From Candidatus Undinarchaeota archaeon (GTDB lineage Archaea > SpSt-1190 > JASMDC01): a stretch of DNA of 64,000 nt. A program made the position numbers and the translations under genes. Positions 18,974-28,775 of this stretch are shown here, one piece after another. Where the stretch lies: assembly GCA_964519305.1 (NCBI GenBank), contig CAZFHY010000001.1:410132-474131 (forward strand), given 5' to 3'. The notes below the pieces were generated by a model. The model was not told the DNA's origin and searched no databases. It saw only the letters and a program-made list of their open reading frames with translations. The stretch's first letter is position 1. The number at the start of each line of letters is the position of its first letter.

Positions 18974-20983
18974 ATGATGGGGTATGAGATACACGGCGAG
19001 ATGGCCCCCAAGATGGAGATGGCGTCCGAGATCGTGAACCAGTACGCGGAGGCAGGGATCTACCTGTCCCTCACGGTCGAGGAGAACGCCTCGTCCACAT
19101 ATGTTGCGACGGACGGCGAGCTCAACGGAAAGGGCGAGTCGATGATGAAGGGTGCCCGGGCCCACGTAGTGGGCTTCGATCAGGAGGGCATGGCCTGGGA
19201 GGTCTATGGCATCACCCAGGATACCACCAAGGACGGGCTCGAGAAGCTCGCTACCTATGCGGTACAGACCCTCCAGTCTGGTGACTCTATCCAGAGCATC
19301 AGCAAGGCATTCGTATCTGCCGGAGCATCGGGCGTCTATCTATCCGTACCCCATAAAATCTACGCCTTCAAGAACGAGAACAAGGTCCAGGACCACTACG
19401 AGGTGCCGACGAACCAGCCCTTCGACAGCGTTTCCGCAAAAGAGAAGCAGGATCTCGTCGAGGAGCTCTCGACGGCTGCCATGAAGGACGGTATCGTCAA
19501 CGCCCGTGGTATCTATAAAGAGACCGAACGCAAGAGCTGGTTCGCGGACACCAACGGTTCTAACATCACCCAGGTCATCCCGCGCCCGTACGCCGGTATC
19601 TCGGCCACGGCACAAAAGCAGGACCCTGCGTACGAGGCACCCATCGATTTCACAAACTTCGACAGCTTCGGCCTTGGCGAGGGTGGTTACGAGCTCGTGA
19701 CCTCGGCCCTCAAGGAGAAGGACACCACAGCACGTGGTAATGACGTCGCTGACGCGGCCATCAAGGTCCTCGGCGGTAAGAGGTTCAACTCCGGGACCAC
19801 GACAGTGGTCATGGACGGCGAGATGGCAGGTGTGTTCATCCACGAAGCGCTCGGCCACATGACCGAGGCCGACATGTATACCCACCACGACGCCCGCATC
19901 CTCAAGGGCAAGCTCGGGGAGAAGATCGGTGTCGACGGCCTCAACGTGGTCGACGACGCACGCGCTCTCCAGACGGGCATGCTCTCCGGCAAGGGCCGCG
20001 GTTCGTACAAGTTCGATGACGAGGGTACAGCCAGCCAGCGCACCGAGATAATCAAGGACGGTGTGCTCACCAACTATCTGATGGGTAACAACGACGCTTC
20101 CCTCTACGGCCACAACCAGAAGGGCGAGTTCATGCGCGAGCAGGGCTTCGACTCTTCCACCTTCGACCTTGCTAAGGAGATCGAGAAGCAGGTCCAGGAG
20201 TCCGTGATGGACTTCACCAAGACCTACATGAAGGACCACGATAACATCGACGATCCCTCCGAGCAGGAAGTGGCCATGTACATGATGACAAAGCAGCAGG
20301 ACCAGGGCTTCCAGGAATCCCTCGGTCAGGAGCTCCAGAAGATCCAGACAGGGGCCATGACAAAGATCATGGCCAAGCAGCAGGAGATGCAGGCGGCATG
20401 GGAGAAGGCCGACAAGCGCGAGTTCGTGTCCACCGGGAACGCCCGCGCCGAGGCCTGGTATGCTGTTCCTCAGGTCCGCATGACCAACACCATGATCCTG
20501 CCCAACGAGAACGGTACTGACACCGAGGACATGGTCAAGGACGTCAAGGACGGCATCTACATGACCGGCTCCTGGGGCGGCTATGTCGAGCTCAACGGTA
20601 ACTTTGCCTTCTGGCCTAAGGAAGCCTACAAGATCGAGGACGGCGAGATCAAGTACGACCAGCCCATCAAGGGCACAATCCTCATGGACAACACCCTCAA
20701 GGCGCTCAACAACATCAGCGCCATCGGTAACGCCGATACCTACGAACGCTTCGGCGGCACATGCGGAAAGGGCGGCCAGGGCGTGCCCAACGAGTGCGCA
20801 GGGCCTGCCATCCGCCTCGACGACATAGTCGTCCAGGGTACCCCGCACGACAGGGTGGGCCACCAATCCATAAAGAAGGAGATCGAGGACCACGACGGTA
20901 TGTACACAGGCCCTGAGTCCGAGGTGGACGCCGGCCAGCACCGCCAGGTCGAGAATCTCGATACTCCCTGGAAGGAAAAATAG
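18974..20983 (+). CDS. tldD: TldD-family metalloprotease, copy 2, with large insertion
   Basis: Same motifs as copy 1 and colinear with it over the full length. Has its own TATA at 18942-18948. Confidence 0.85.
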   Translation: MMGYEIHGEMAPKMEMASEIVNQYAEAGIYLSLTVEENASSTYVATDGELNGKGESMMKGARAHVVGFDQEGMAWEVYGITQDTTKDGLEKLATYAVQTLQSGDSIQSISKAFVSAGASGVYLSVPHKIYAFKNENKVQDHYEVPTNQPFDSVSAKEKQDLVEELSTAAMKDGIVNARGIYKETERKSWFADTNGSNITQVIPRPYAGISATAQKQDPAYEAPIDFTNFDSFGLGEGGYELVTSALKEKDTTARGNDVADAAIKVLGGKRFNSGTTTVVMDGEMAGVFIHEALGHMTEADMYTHHDARILKGKLGEKIGVDGLNVVDDARALQTGMLSGKGRGSYKFDDEGTASQRTEIIKDGVLTNYLMGNNDASLYGHNQKGEFMREQGFDSSTFDLAKEIEKQVQESVMDFTKTYMKDHDNIDDPSEQEVAMYMMTKQQDQGFQESLGQELQKIQTGAMTKIMAKQQEMQAAWEKADKREFVSTGNARAEAWYAVPQVRMTNTMILPNENGTDTEDMVKDVKDGIYMTGSWGGYVELNGNFAFWPKEAYKIEDGEIKYDQPIKGTILMDNTLKALNNISAIGNADTYERFGGTCGKGGQGVPNECAGPAIRLDDIVVQGTPHDRVGHQSIKKEIEDHDGMYTGPESEVDAGQHRQVENLDTPWKEK

Positions 20984-20999
20984 CTCGAGTATAGTGAAC

Positions 21000-21027
21000 A
21001 CCGGGAGGGATCAATCCCCCTCCCGGT
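21000..21027 (+). terminator. GC-rich hairpin after tldD copy 2
   Basis: accgggaggg...ccctcccggt, with the same CCGGGAG/CTCCCGG core as 18768-18798. Confidence 0.55.
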
Positions 21028-21134
21028 CCACTTCAATCCTATCACTTTCTATTTAGAGCGCGTATCTGAAAGTTGGAAATTGTGATACATTTCTAGGTAA
21101 AATCAATGAAAGGTGATGAAACGGGTATCTGAAC

Positions 21135-21425
21135 ATGATCGAGGGAAAGCTCGTCGGTGTCGACCATCTAAAAGATGATTGTAAGTTGCACATGCACGTG
21201 GAGATCGATAGCGATCGGCTAAGCGAACAGTTCCAGCTCGGTAACAAGATCATCCTCATCGGCGACCAAGGCTACCACACCACGTCCAAGCTCGTTGACC
21301 GCGGTTCCCAGTACCTTCTTGTACCATCGCGCCTGCGTGTGGACGGGGAGCGGACGGCACTTGCTAAGAAGGTCGAGCTCTCCCGTCCGGACCGCACGAT
21401 CTTCGTGTTCAAGTGCGACGGGTGA
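21135..21425 (+). CDS. Small beta-rich hypothetical protein (AbrB-like segment RGSQYLLVPSRLR)
   Basis: 96-aa ORF with an AT-rich upstream region. Family resemblance is weak. Confidence 0.55.
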   Translation: MIEGKLVGVDHLKDDCKLHMHVEIDSDRLSEQFQLGNKIILIGDQGYHTTSKLVDRGSQYLLVPSRLRVDGERTALAKKVELSRPDRTIFVFKCDG

Positions 21426-21434
21426 CGTCGGCTA

Positions 21435-21605
21435 CTAAGCCGCCTTCTCCAGTTCCTTCCAGAGCTTGTACGGAACAAGGCTCAGCGCCAGGGCGATCTC
21501 GGAGGGATTGAGCTCCGCGACCTCACCGGTATAGTCCTTGACTACCTTCAGGAGGCGGTTTGAGAGTTCCTCTACCTCTTCGTTGTCAACCTGCATAGTC
21601 GGCAT
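21435..21605 (-). CDS. Small helical hypothetical protein, paralogue A (56 aa)
   Basis: MPTMQVDNEEVEELS...LNPSEIALALSL, nearly identical to the neighbouring copy. Confidence 0.75.
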   Translation of the reverse strand: MPTMQVDNEEVEELSNRLLKVVKDYTGEVAELNPSEIALALSLVPYKLWKELEKAA

Positions 21606-21714
21606 GGTCTTGCTGAGCGGACCAAGAAATAAAAACATGGCCCTAGGGCGCACCCGGAGCAGAGTTCACGCTCAAGAGCGGTCCTGCGTTCCTTCCCCGT
21701 TCTGAGCGCGTATC

Positions 21715-22005
21715 CTATTCATCCAGGAACGAATCTATGGCATCGTCATCGCTGGATGACTCTTCCGCAGGTGCGGGAGGTGTCGGAGCAGGGGTTGGAT
21801 CGGGCTCCGGTCCTTTCGCAGGAGCATCACCACTCCCGTCTGTTGGCCCCTCTCCCTCCCACAGTTTGTGTGAAGCCAGGCTCAGCGCAAGGGCGATCTC
21901 GGAGGGATTGAGCTCCACTACCTCGGTCATGTACTCACCGATGACCTTCAGGATGCGTTCGGAGAGCTCCTCGATCTCCTCGTTGTCCACCTGCATCGTT
22001 GGCAT
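21715..22005 (-). CDS. Small helical hypothetical protein, paralogue B with Pro/acidic tail (96 aa)
   Basis: MPTMQVDNEEIEELS...LNPSEIALALSL followed by a tail ending DDDAIDSFLDE. Confidence 0.75.
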   Translation of the reverse strand: MPTMQVDNEEIEELSERILKVIGEYMTEVVELNPSEIALALSLASHKLWEGEGPTDGSGDAPAKGPEPDPTPAPTPPAPAEESSSDDDAIDSFLDE

Positions 22006-22057
22006 GGAAAAGGCAAGTGACCTAAACAATATAAGCGCTCCCGTGGGAGCCGGAGGT

Positions 22058-22330
22058 CTAATCTACAGGGCCGCCGGGTGTGTCGTCGTCCATCTCATCC
22101 CAGTCATCTCCGCCCTCGTCCACGATCCCCACGGCACAGCCGATCCACATCCATCCACCCAACATCACAAGAGCGAGCGACAGCATCACAGCACCCCACA
22201 TGTCCGATGACTCGGGGGAAAGGGCACCTGACTCGATGGAGTTCATGACGCCGGTCAGCACGACGAACGACGCCAGGATGCACGCCGAGCCGATGAACCA
22301 GAAAAGGATATTGCCTGTATTCACACTCAT
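22058..22330 (-). CDS. Small 2-TM membrane protein
   Basis: ATGA-coupled to sepS, GGAGG RBS and two hydrophobic segments. Confidence 0.65.
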   Translation of the reverse strand: MSVNTGNILFWFIGSACILASFVVLTGVMNSIESGALSPESSDMWGAVMLSLALVMLGGWMWIGCAVGIVDEGGDDWDEMDDDTPGGPVD

Positions 22331-23910
22331 ACCTCCTTGTCGGTCCTACGTACGTGCACACACACGAACACAGGACCACGAACGTCGATGCGCCGTTTTT
22401 TCCCGCGGATGAAGTCACGGGCCAATGGATCGATGGTGACATTCACATCGGACGCGCCCTTGGCCATCCGCACCTGAACCATGACCTCCCCCTCATCCTT
22501 CAAATCCCTTTCGGCCCGGACCGCGGCCAGGGCGGTCACTGCGTCAAGGACGGTTATCCCCGTTTCCACGGCGTCGGCGGTGTCGTTCCCTTCAGGCACC
22601 GCGCGTACGCTGCCATCACGGACAACGAGGCGGTTGCGGGCAGCTGGCCCGAGCAGACGGGCGCCCTCTTCGGTCTCTGTGAGCGATACCTCGACGGGTA
22701 CGCCGGCCAGTTCGCCCTTCCAGGCCTTCACCGTGACGGGGCCGGGATCGTCGGCGTGCTCCCGTGCCGTGGTGGCCACGGCCTCTGCCATAGCCTTGCC
22801 GCTCTCTGTGGCAGGCGCCTCGGTCAGGTTGACCATGCCCGCCAGTTCCTCGTCACTGAACGATAGCTCACTGTGGAACTGCGGGTACATCAGCGCGCGC
22901 ACGTCGGAGGCCCCGGTGGCGAGCATTACTATGCGCTCGATACCGAATCCAATATTGAGCACGGGGTACTCGATACCGTAGTGGGCGAGAGCTACCGGGG
23001 AGTACATCCCGAGGTCCGCGATCTCCACCCACCCGACCTCGCGGCTGAATCCGAAAACCTCTACTTCCATGTCGGGGGCGTAGTACTTGGAGGTTGCGGC
23101 CTTCACATCGAACCGGAGCTTCTTGAATCCCAAGGGCTTGAGCACCTGGCGGGCCAGTAGCTCGCCGTCCTTCATGCCGATGCCCTCGGCCATGATCGCG
23201 CACGAGGCACCGTAATGGGCCCTGAGGTGAGTGGCGTCCTCCCGTTGTTCACGGCGGAAGCGTAGGCCAGTAGTGAAGAGCTTCAGCGGGGGTGGCCGCT
23301 TCTGTGCGAGCTCTGCGAGTGTGAGGAACCACGGCGTGGTCATATGGGAGCGCAGGGTCTGTCGTGAGGGGACGGGAGCGAGCTCACGGAAGGATGGGAA
23401 GAGCGTGTCGATGATACGCGTAGCGTCCTCGTTCCGAAGGCCCATACGCGAGACCATCTCTTCGACGAAGTCGTCACCCTCCACGAGACCTTTCTTGTAG
23501 TCGCGGAGCAGGGTCTGGAGGCCAGCAACGTCGTTGAAGTCCGGCACCAGTTCCTTCAGGCGCGCCACGGTGGCATCAGGGAGGCCGATGTCGGGCCGTG
23601 GAAGACCTGCTAGGTAGAAGCAGCGGTCGAGGATTACCGATGCCTCAGGACCATATTGAGCGAACACGTCGCCTTCGTCGACGATGACGGGATTGACAAT
23701 CTCCTCGAAGCCCAGTTTCAGGAAGATCTCCCTAGCCTGCTGAATGGCCGCCATCACAGGATGTTCGTTCCCGGGGCCCTTCATACCCAATGCCTTGAGG
23801 CCAATGCCTTCCTCAGCACCGCACTCCTTCAGGACCCGGGCACCCTCCAGCCAGGCGTCCTCGAAGTCGTCCTTTGCACGTGCCCGTAACCGCTCCACAT
23901 CGAAGAGCAT
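22327..23910 (-). CDS. sepS: O-phosphoseryl-tRNA(Cys) synthetase (SepRS)
   Basis: QYGPEASVILDRCFYLAGLPRPDIG, TLRSHMT, FRREQREDATHLR and SKYY motifs. Confidence 0.95.
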   Translation of the reverse strand: MLFDVERLRARAKDDFEDAWLEGARVLKECGAEEGIGLKALGMKGPGNEHPVMAAIQQAREIFLKLGFEEIVNPVIVDEGDVFAQYGPEASVILDRCFYLAGLPRPDIGLPDATVARLKELVPDFNDVAGLQTLLRDYKKGLVEGDDFVEEMVSRMGLRNEDATRIIDTLFPSFRELAPVPSRQTLRSHMTTPWFLTLAELAQKRPPPLKLFTTGLRFRREQREDATHLRAHYGASCAIMAEGIGMKDGELLARQVLKPLGFKKLRFDVKAATSKYYAPDMEVEVFGFSREVGWVEIADLGMYSPVALAHYGIEYPVLNIGFGIERIVMLATGASDVRALMYPQFHSELSFSDEELAGMVNLTEAPATESGKAMAEAVATTAREHADDPGPVTVKAWKGELAGVPVEVSLTETEEGARLLGPAARNRLVVRDGSVRAVPEGNDTADAVETGITVLDAVTALAAVRAERDLKDEGEVMVQVRMAKGASDVNVTIDPLARDFIRGKKRRIDVRGPVFVCVHVRRTDKEV

Positions 23911-23963
23911 CGGTGGAACGGGGCACGATAAAGGATATAAAAGGATGGATGGACCCCTCGGTC

Positions 23964-26003
23964 ATGGGTGTTCTCGCATCCCGTGCGGCACCTGCGCTCC
24001 TCCTCCTGCTACTTCTATTCAATCCGGTATCGGCCGCAGAAGCTGTGCTGGAGGTACCAGCCGTGGGCGACGGTGGTGCGGGCGTGCTCGTACGGATGCA
24101 GGTAACGGCAGGCCCCGGATCGGGCCAGGTGTCCATCGAGGGTATCGATTCGCCCGACAACACGACTCTCGTTGCTGCCGAGGACGCGGTCGCAGCGCTC
24201 CGGACAATTCCCGGGCTGGACCCTGACGTTCTGAACGTCATTATTGCCTTTGATCCGCGAGGACCACTTGTAGCCGGACCTAGCGCAGGGCTGGCCATAG
24301 CGGCAGGAGTGGTCGCTGCCGTCCAGGGATGGGAGCCCGCGCAGGGAGTACACGTCACAGGCAGGATAGAACGCGACGGTTCTGTGCGACCTGCTGGTGG
24401 GATCCTCGCAAAGGCGCGGGCCGTGGCCCTCGCCGGCGGACATACTCTCCTCATCCCCCCGGACCAAGGACATGAACGTGTGACGGTACCTACCGGCGCA
24501 GGAGATGCATCCGTGGTCGTCGACCTCGCAGCACACGCTGCCGGTAAGTGGGGTCTTACCATGGTCGAAGTGATAGACCTTGCCACCGCTATTACCTATC
24601 TGAACGGCACGCGTGGACCGGAACGTGTCGCGCGGCCAGCACCCCCTGACATATCCCTGGTATCGGCCGATCCCCTGAAGGACATGGCGTTCCATCTAAT
24701 CGATGTCGCTAGCGTCCGTGCGGACGAGGTGGCTGGGCTCGTACCCGCGCAGCTCGGTGACGAGCCGACGGGGCCACGACTCAAGTCGGGCCGGGACATG
24801 GTCGACCAAGCCCGGAACAAGGTCGCCATGAACGCGACCTACCTAGGTGCCAACGATGCGTTCCAAGCGCTCGTCGATGTAGAGCTGCTGAGCATGCTCG
24901 CCACCTACTCAGCGACGGCCTACCCTGAGAGCATGGTGCTGTCGTGGCACGAGCGTGCAGAGGCGGAGATAGCCCTTGCCAACAGCACGGTCCCCCACCA
25001 TCTGCTCGCGGATACCGGTGCCTTGGAATGGGTGCTCGCAGCACAGTTGCGCATCGCGTGGGCACGGGCCCATCTGCGCGCTGCGGGCGACGATCCTCTG
25101 GACGTCGCGTACGCGACAGCAGGCGTCCATGCTTGGTCAATAGTCATCACGGACCTTGCACAGATCGCAGTTGACCGGGCCACGGGCGACATCCTGCCAC
25201 TCGAACAGGACCGGCTGGTCGAGCGTGCACGACAGCTTCAGGGATTGCTCGTGTCCCACGTTGCCCTTGGCCATGCTCTCGGGACCGACCTTCATGGAGC
25301 GGAAGCACACCTGCTGTCCTCACCTTTGCTCACCGAGCAGGGTCTCCATCTGGCAGCATTGGTCGACGCTTCCCTGGGTCTAGCACGGATAGAGGCAGGG
25401 GCCGTGAACAGCACCATTGCTCAGCGCGAGGCGTCGTTACTGGTCGAAGCGCTAGACGGTCTGGGAACGGATGATCCGACCGCCTACTGGGCACGCGCAA
25501 TGCTCCATGCTTCTCAGGACAGCTCTGCTCCCGTGGACAGCTTCCTTCATGCACGGACTGCCAGGGCGTTCATCGTGCTCCCACGGACAGCGATCACCAA
25601 TGCGACGTATCCTGCTGACCTTCTTCCGCCAGAGCCCTCCCTCCCCCCTGACTTCCACCGACGTGCCTGGGACCGCCTCGAGCAGAGGTTCGGGAACCGT
25701 ACACGTCTCCCCAAGATGGGCATGGGCACACGCAGTGACCAGGGCCGAGGCCTGGCCCTCGTGGGGGGCGTTGCAGCACTGCTCTTCCTGATCACTCGCA
25801 CTTCAGGGACCACTGATAAGAAGAAACCGACACCACACGAGGTACGGGAGGCCCGTAGGCGGGCTCGCGCAGCAGGTCTCGCTGCGCTCAAACGGAGCCG
25901 GCAGGACGGCCTCATCGATGACCGGACCTTTAAACGTTTGCAGCGAGAGCTCGAGACCGATGTGCGGCAGGACCAGGAGGTGAAGAGCAATGGGGACAGA
26001 TGA
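23964..26003 (+). CDS. Secreted, membrane-anchored Lon-like S16 serine protease (no ATPase domain)
   Basis: Signal peptide, GPSAG catalytic Ser, GGILAK Lys and a C-terminal TM. Start placed using the TATA at 23936-23942. Confidence 0.8.
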   Translation: MGVLASRAAPALLLLLLLFNPVSAAEAVLEVPAVGDGGAGVLVRMQVTAGPGSGQVSIEGIDSPDNTTLVAAEDAVAALRTIPGLDPDVLNVIIAFDPRGPLVAGPSAGLAIAAGVVAAVQGWEPAQGVHVTGRIERDGSVRPAGGILAKARAVALAGGHTLLIPPDQGHERVTVPTGAGDASVVVDLAAHAAGKWGLTMVEVIDLATAITYLNGTRGPERVARPAPPDISLVSADPLKDMAFHLIDVASVRADEVAGLVPAQLGDEPTGPRLKSGRDMVDQARNKVAMNATYLGANDAFQALVDVELLSMLATYSATAYPESMVLSWHERAEAEIALANSTVPHHLLADTGALEWVLAAQLRIAWARAHLRAAGDDPLDVAYATAGVHAWSIVITDLAQIAVDRATGDILPLEQDRLVERARQLQGLLVSHVALGHALGTDLHGAEAHLLSSPLLTEQGLHLAALVDASLGLARIEAGAVNSTIAQREASLLVEALDGLGTDDPTAYWARAMLHASQDSSAPVDSFLHARTARAFIVLPRTAITNATYPADLLPPEPSLPPDFHRRAWDRLEQRFGNRTRLPKMGMGTRSDQGRGLALVGGVAALLFLITRTSGTTDKKKPTPHEVREARRRARAAGLAALKRSRQDGLIDDRTFKRLQRELETDVRQDQEVKSNGDR

Positions 26004-27675
26004 TCACACTCCCCTGAATCGCGATGCTGTAGCCCTGCTCATCCTCATAGTAGGGATAGTCGCTTTCGACCAGCTCTACGCTACCACTTCCTGGGGCACC
26101 CCCGTGTTCGCCGACGTGGCAGTGGCCGACCTCCGAGGCGTGTGCAGCGAAGGCGTCCTCAGAACGCTCGAGCTACGGCCCCTCCCGCCACTACCCGGCC
26201 TCACCTACCGTATCAGAGTCAAGGACAACGATTTCCTAGAACGTGAGCTCAGCACCACACCCGGAATGCCCGGAGGCACGGTCCGGCTCATGCTACCCGA
26301 TCCCGTCCTAGCGGGTCAGGGCTTCATCCTCACGATGCTCGACCAGGGCGGTGCCATCGTGGGCGAGACGTCCGTACGGCTCCCCGCATCCCTTCCGGAC
26401 GGTAACGTGGACCTGGAACCATGGCGGATGGGAGGAGTAATCAGGGCCGAGCCCGGGCCTCCCGCCACAATGGACCACCCAGGCCAGGTGGAACCGAGCA
26501 CTCTCTCCCGGCTCGAGGGGGCCATCATCGCACTCCTGCTCCTGACGTTCCCCGCCCTCCTGATCGCTGCACGTCGCGAACTCCTGGCCGAGACGATGGG
26601 CGAGCACCGCCATCACCTCGTGCTCCTGCTCCTGCTCGCCGTGTTCGCCACCGCCGCCCATGCTGCGTCGGACCACTACCAGGGCACTCAGCTCCTGAAC
26701 GCGAACCAGCACCTGGGGATCATCAAAGGGCTCTTGGCAGGTGAGCCCGTGGCGCTCGTGTACGAGACGGGCTATTACGCGATAGGGACCATCTGGTTCG
26801 CTATCAATGGGATAGGCTCACCCGTCGAGATGGAGGCGTCAGGCATGGTACTAGGCCTGTGCCTCTCCTTGGCGGCCCTGGCCGCCGTGTACGGCGCGAC
26901 CGCGGCCATTGCCCGTGATCCCGATGCAGGCCTTTGTGCTGCTGTGCTCTTGGCGTGCACTCCCCTCTTCCTGAAGTACGCCATGACGGTCCAGCGGGAC
27001 ATCGCGTCCACCGCCTTCGCTGCGATGGCCGTATGGGCGGGTGTGGTCCACCTCCGCCGGGGCACGGACCTGAGCCGCTGCCTGACCGCTGTTTCCCTGG
27101 CGCTAGCGGTGTATACCGTTGCCATCAATATCCTTCTCGTCCCAATCGTGTTCTTAGCTATTGCGACCTTGAGCGCCTCTCCGCGTCGTGATGCCCCATG
27201 CGCGCTCCTATTCTTCGTGGTGTGCGTGGGCCCCATCTGGCTGAAAGTGGGAGGGTCCATCGCTGCGGTCGGCGCTCCGTACTCACTGGACACGGCCTAC
27301 ATCGCCCGCAACACGGGCTGGCTCGCGGCCTTCTGGCTGGGACTGTGGCACCACTCCCTGCTCCTGTCCGTGCTCGCTCTGAGGGGGACCACCGTGCTGT
27401 GGCAACGTGACCGCCGCTCGACGCTCGCCCTCGTTGCCTGCTTCGCGGTGTTCTTCGTGTTCCTGGCCGCGAACCGCGTGAGCATAACCTTCTGTGACCA
27501 GGACAGGCACCTGCTCTACTCCTATCCGTTCATGGCAATGGCCGCGGGCGTGGGATTACGCAGCCTCGTCCGTGGACGGCCTCGAGACCTCGTGGTATGG
27601 ATAGTCCTTCTCTACATCCTGCTGGTGCACTGGAACGTTGCCCTAGGGCCGCTGGACGTCCGGCGGTGCATCTAA
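25990..27675 (+). CDS. Multi-pass GT-C/PMT-like membrane glycosyltransferase
   Basis: >10 TM segments with A..LLA..P.F and late RH/YP motifs, next to a GT2 gene. Confidence 0.55.
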   Translation: MGTDDHTPLNRDAVALLILIVGIVAFDQLYATTSWGTPVFADVAVADLRGVCSEGVLRTLELRPLPPLPGLTYRIRVKDNDFLERELSTTPGMPGGTVRLMLPDPVLAGQGFILTMLDQGGAIVGETSVRLPASLPDGNVDLEPWRMGGVIRAEPGPPATMDHPGQVEPSTLSRLEGAIIALLLLTFPALLIAARRELLAETMGEHRHHLVLLLLLAVFATAAHAASDHYQGTQLLNANQHLGIIKGLLAGEPVALVYETGYYAIGTIWFAINGIGSPVEMEASGMVLGLCLSLAALAAVYGATAAIARDPDAGLCAAVLLACTPLFLKYAMTVQRDIASTAFAAMAVWAGVVHLRRGTDLSRCLTAVSLALAVYTVAINILLVPIVFLAIATLSASPRRDAPCALLFFVVCVGPIWLKVGGSIAAVGAPYSLDTAYIARNTGWLAAFWLGLWHHSLLLSVLALRGTTVLWQRDRRSTLALVACFAVFFVFLAANRVSITFCDQDRHLLYSYPFMAMAAGVGLRSLVRGRPRDLVVWIVLLYILLVHWNVALGPLDVRRCI

Positions 27676-27677
27676 GA

Positions 27678-28775
27678 CTATCGTCCGCTAACAAGGTCGC
27701 GAAGCACGCTGGCCGCGACACGCGGGTACTCTCTTGGCGAGAACACGAGGCTCGAAAGGATAGCGCATTCCCATGTGCACGTGCACTCGCCGACACGGAT
27801 CGATCTGAGCACCTCCGTCGCTTTTTCCGAACCCAGCACACGCATGACATCGTAGCCATTGTCCCGGAGATTACCGAGGGATACGTTCAACGGTTCACAC
27901 GGCAGGACATCACCGATGTCGGTGATGACGATCCCCCGCTGCCCGGCCACACAGGGCTCGCAGCGGTCATCCTGATCAAGCCTGGCGAGCGTCCTCTCCG
28001 AGGTCAGCCTGTAGAGCGAGCGGAACGCCCATGACTCGGGTTCGCTGTTCAAGTCCCGAGCCAGCTCCGCTATCCGGGGCAGGAGCTCCCGATATCGGTC
28101 CCTGGAGAACGAGAGGGTGGCTGGATCGCGTACGTTCCCTCGCACCAGGGTTATCCCGTTCGCATCCAGGTCCATGCGACGCGCCTTGTACGCCAGCACC
28201 TCCTCGATCACGTCCTGGTTCAGGGCGGAGAAGGTCGTACAGCTGGAGAGCGTTATGTTCGGGTACTCGTGCCTCAGCTCGTCAAGGAGGTCATAGGTGT
28301 GTAAGGCCTTCTCGAAGCTGCCTGGAACACCCCGTATCTCGTCGTGGAGCTCGCCGATGCCATCGATACTGACAGACATCTTGAACACGGTACGCGGGCA
28401 CGATTCGCACAGTTCCCTGACCTGACGCTGGATGCGCTCAGGCATGAGGCCGTTGGTCGGGTAGGTAACCTGCGGGATACGGTTCCGCCGGTAGAAGGCA
28501 CGTACGATATCCACAAGGTCGTCGCGGAGCGATGGTTCCCCACCAGATAGGGTCAGCTGCTGTATGTGGCCCAAGCTCTTGGCGATCCGCTCGTACTCCT
28601 CGATCGCGAGCTCGTCACGCGTCCCAGTGTCCTCGGCGAGCTGCCAATTGAAGCACATCCGGCAACGGGAGTTGCATCGTCCGGTCACGAACAGGACTAT
28701 GTAGGTGGGCTTGCGAGCGGTAAAGGTCCGAACGGCGTTCGTCATTCGCGTAGCAATGCCGTAGGGCAGCGTCAC
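27678..28775 (-). CDS. Radical SAM protein with SPASM/twitch domain
   Basis: CNSRCRMC, SGGEP, and C-terminal CVAG...PCE...CTCTWEC. Confidence 0.9.
   Translation of the reverse strand: MTLPYGIATRMTNAVRTFTARKPTYIVLFVTGRCNSRCRMCFNWQLAEDTGTRDELAIEEYERIAKSLGHIQQLTLSGGEPSLRDDLVDIVRAFYRRNRIPQVTYPTNGLMPERIQRQVRELCESCPRTVFKMSVSIDGIGELHDEIRGVPGSFEKALHTYDLLDELRHEYPNITLSSCTTFSALNQDVIEEVLAYKARRMDLDANGITLVRGNVRDPATLSFSRDRYRELLPRIAELARDLNSEPESWAFRSLYRLTSERTLARLDQDDRCEPCVAGQRGIVITDIGDVLPCEPLNVSLGNLRDNGYDVMRVLGSEKATEVLRSIRVGECTCTWECAILSSLVFSPREYPRVAASVLRDLVSGR

Noticed and set aside
16819-21001. Long antisense ORFs (599 aa, 553 aa) opposite the tldD genes, and similar ones opposite gdh, the ABC ATPase and the giant proteins
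   Set aside because: Shadow frames expected from strong C/G third-position bias. They have L/V/G/H-rich composition, no motifs and no RBS.
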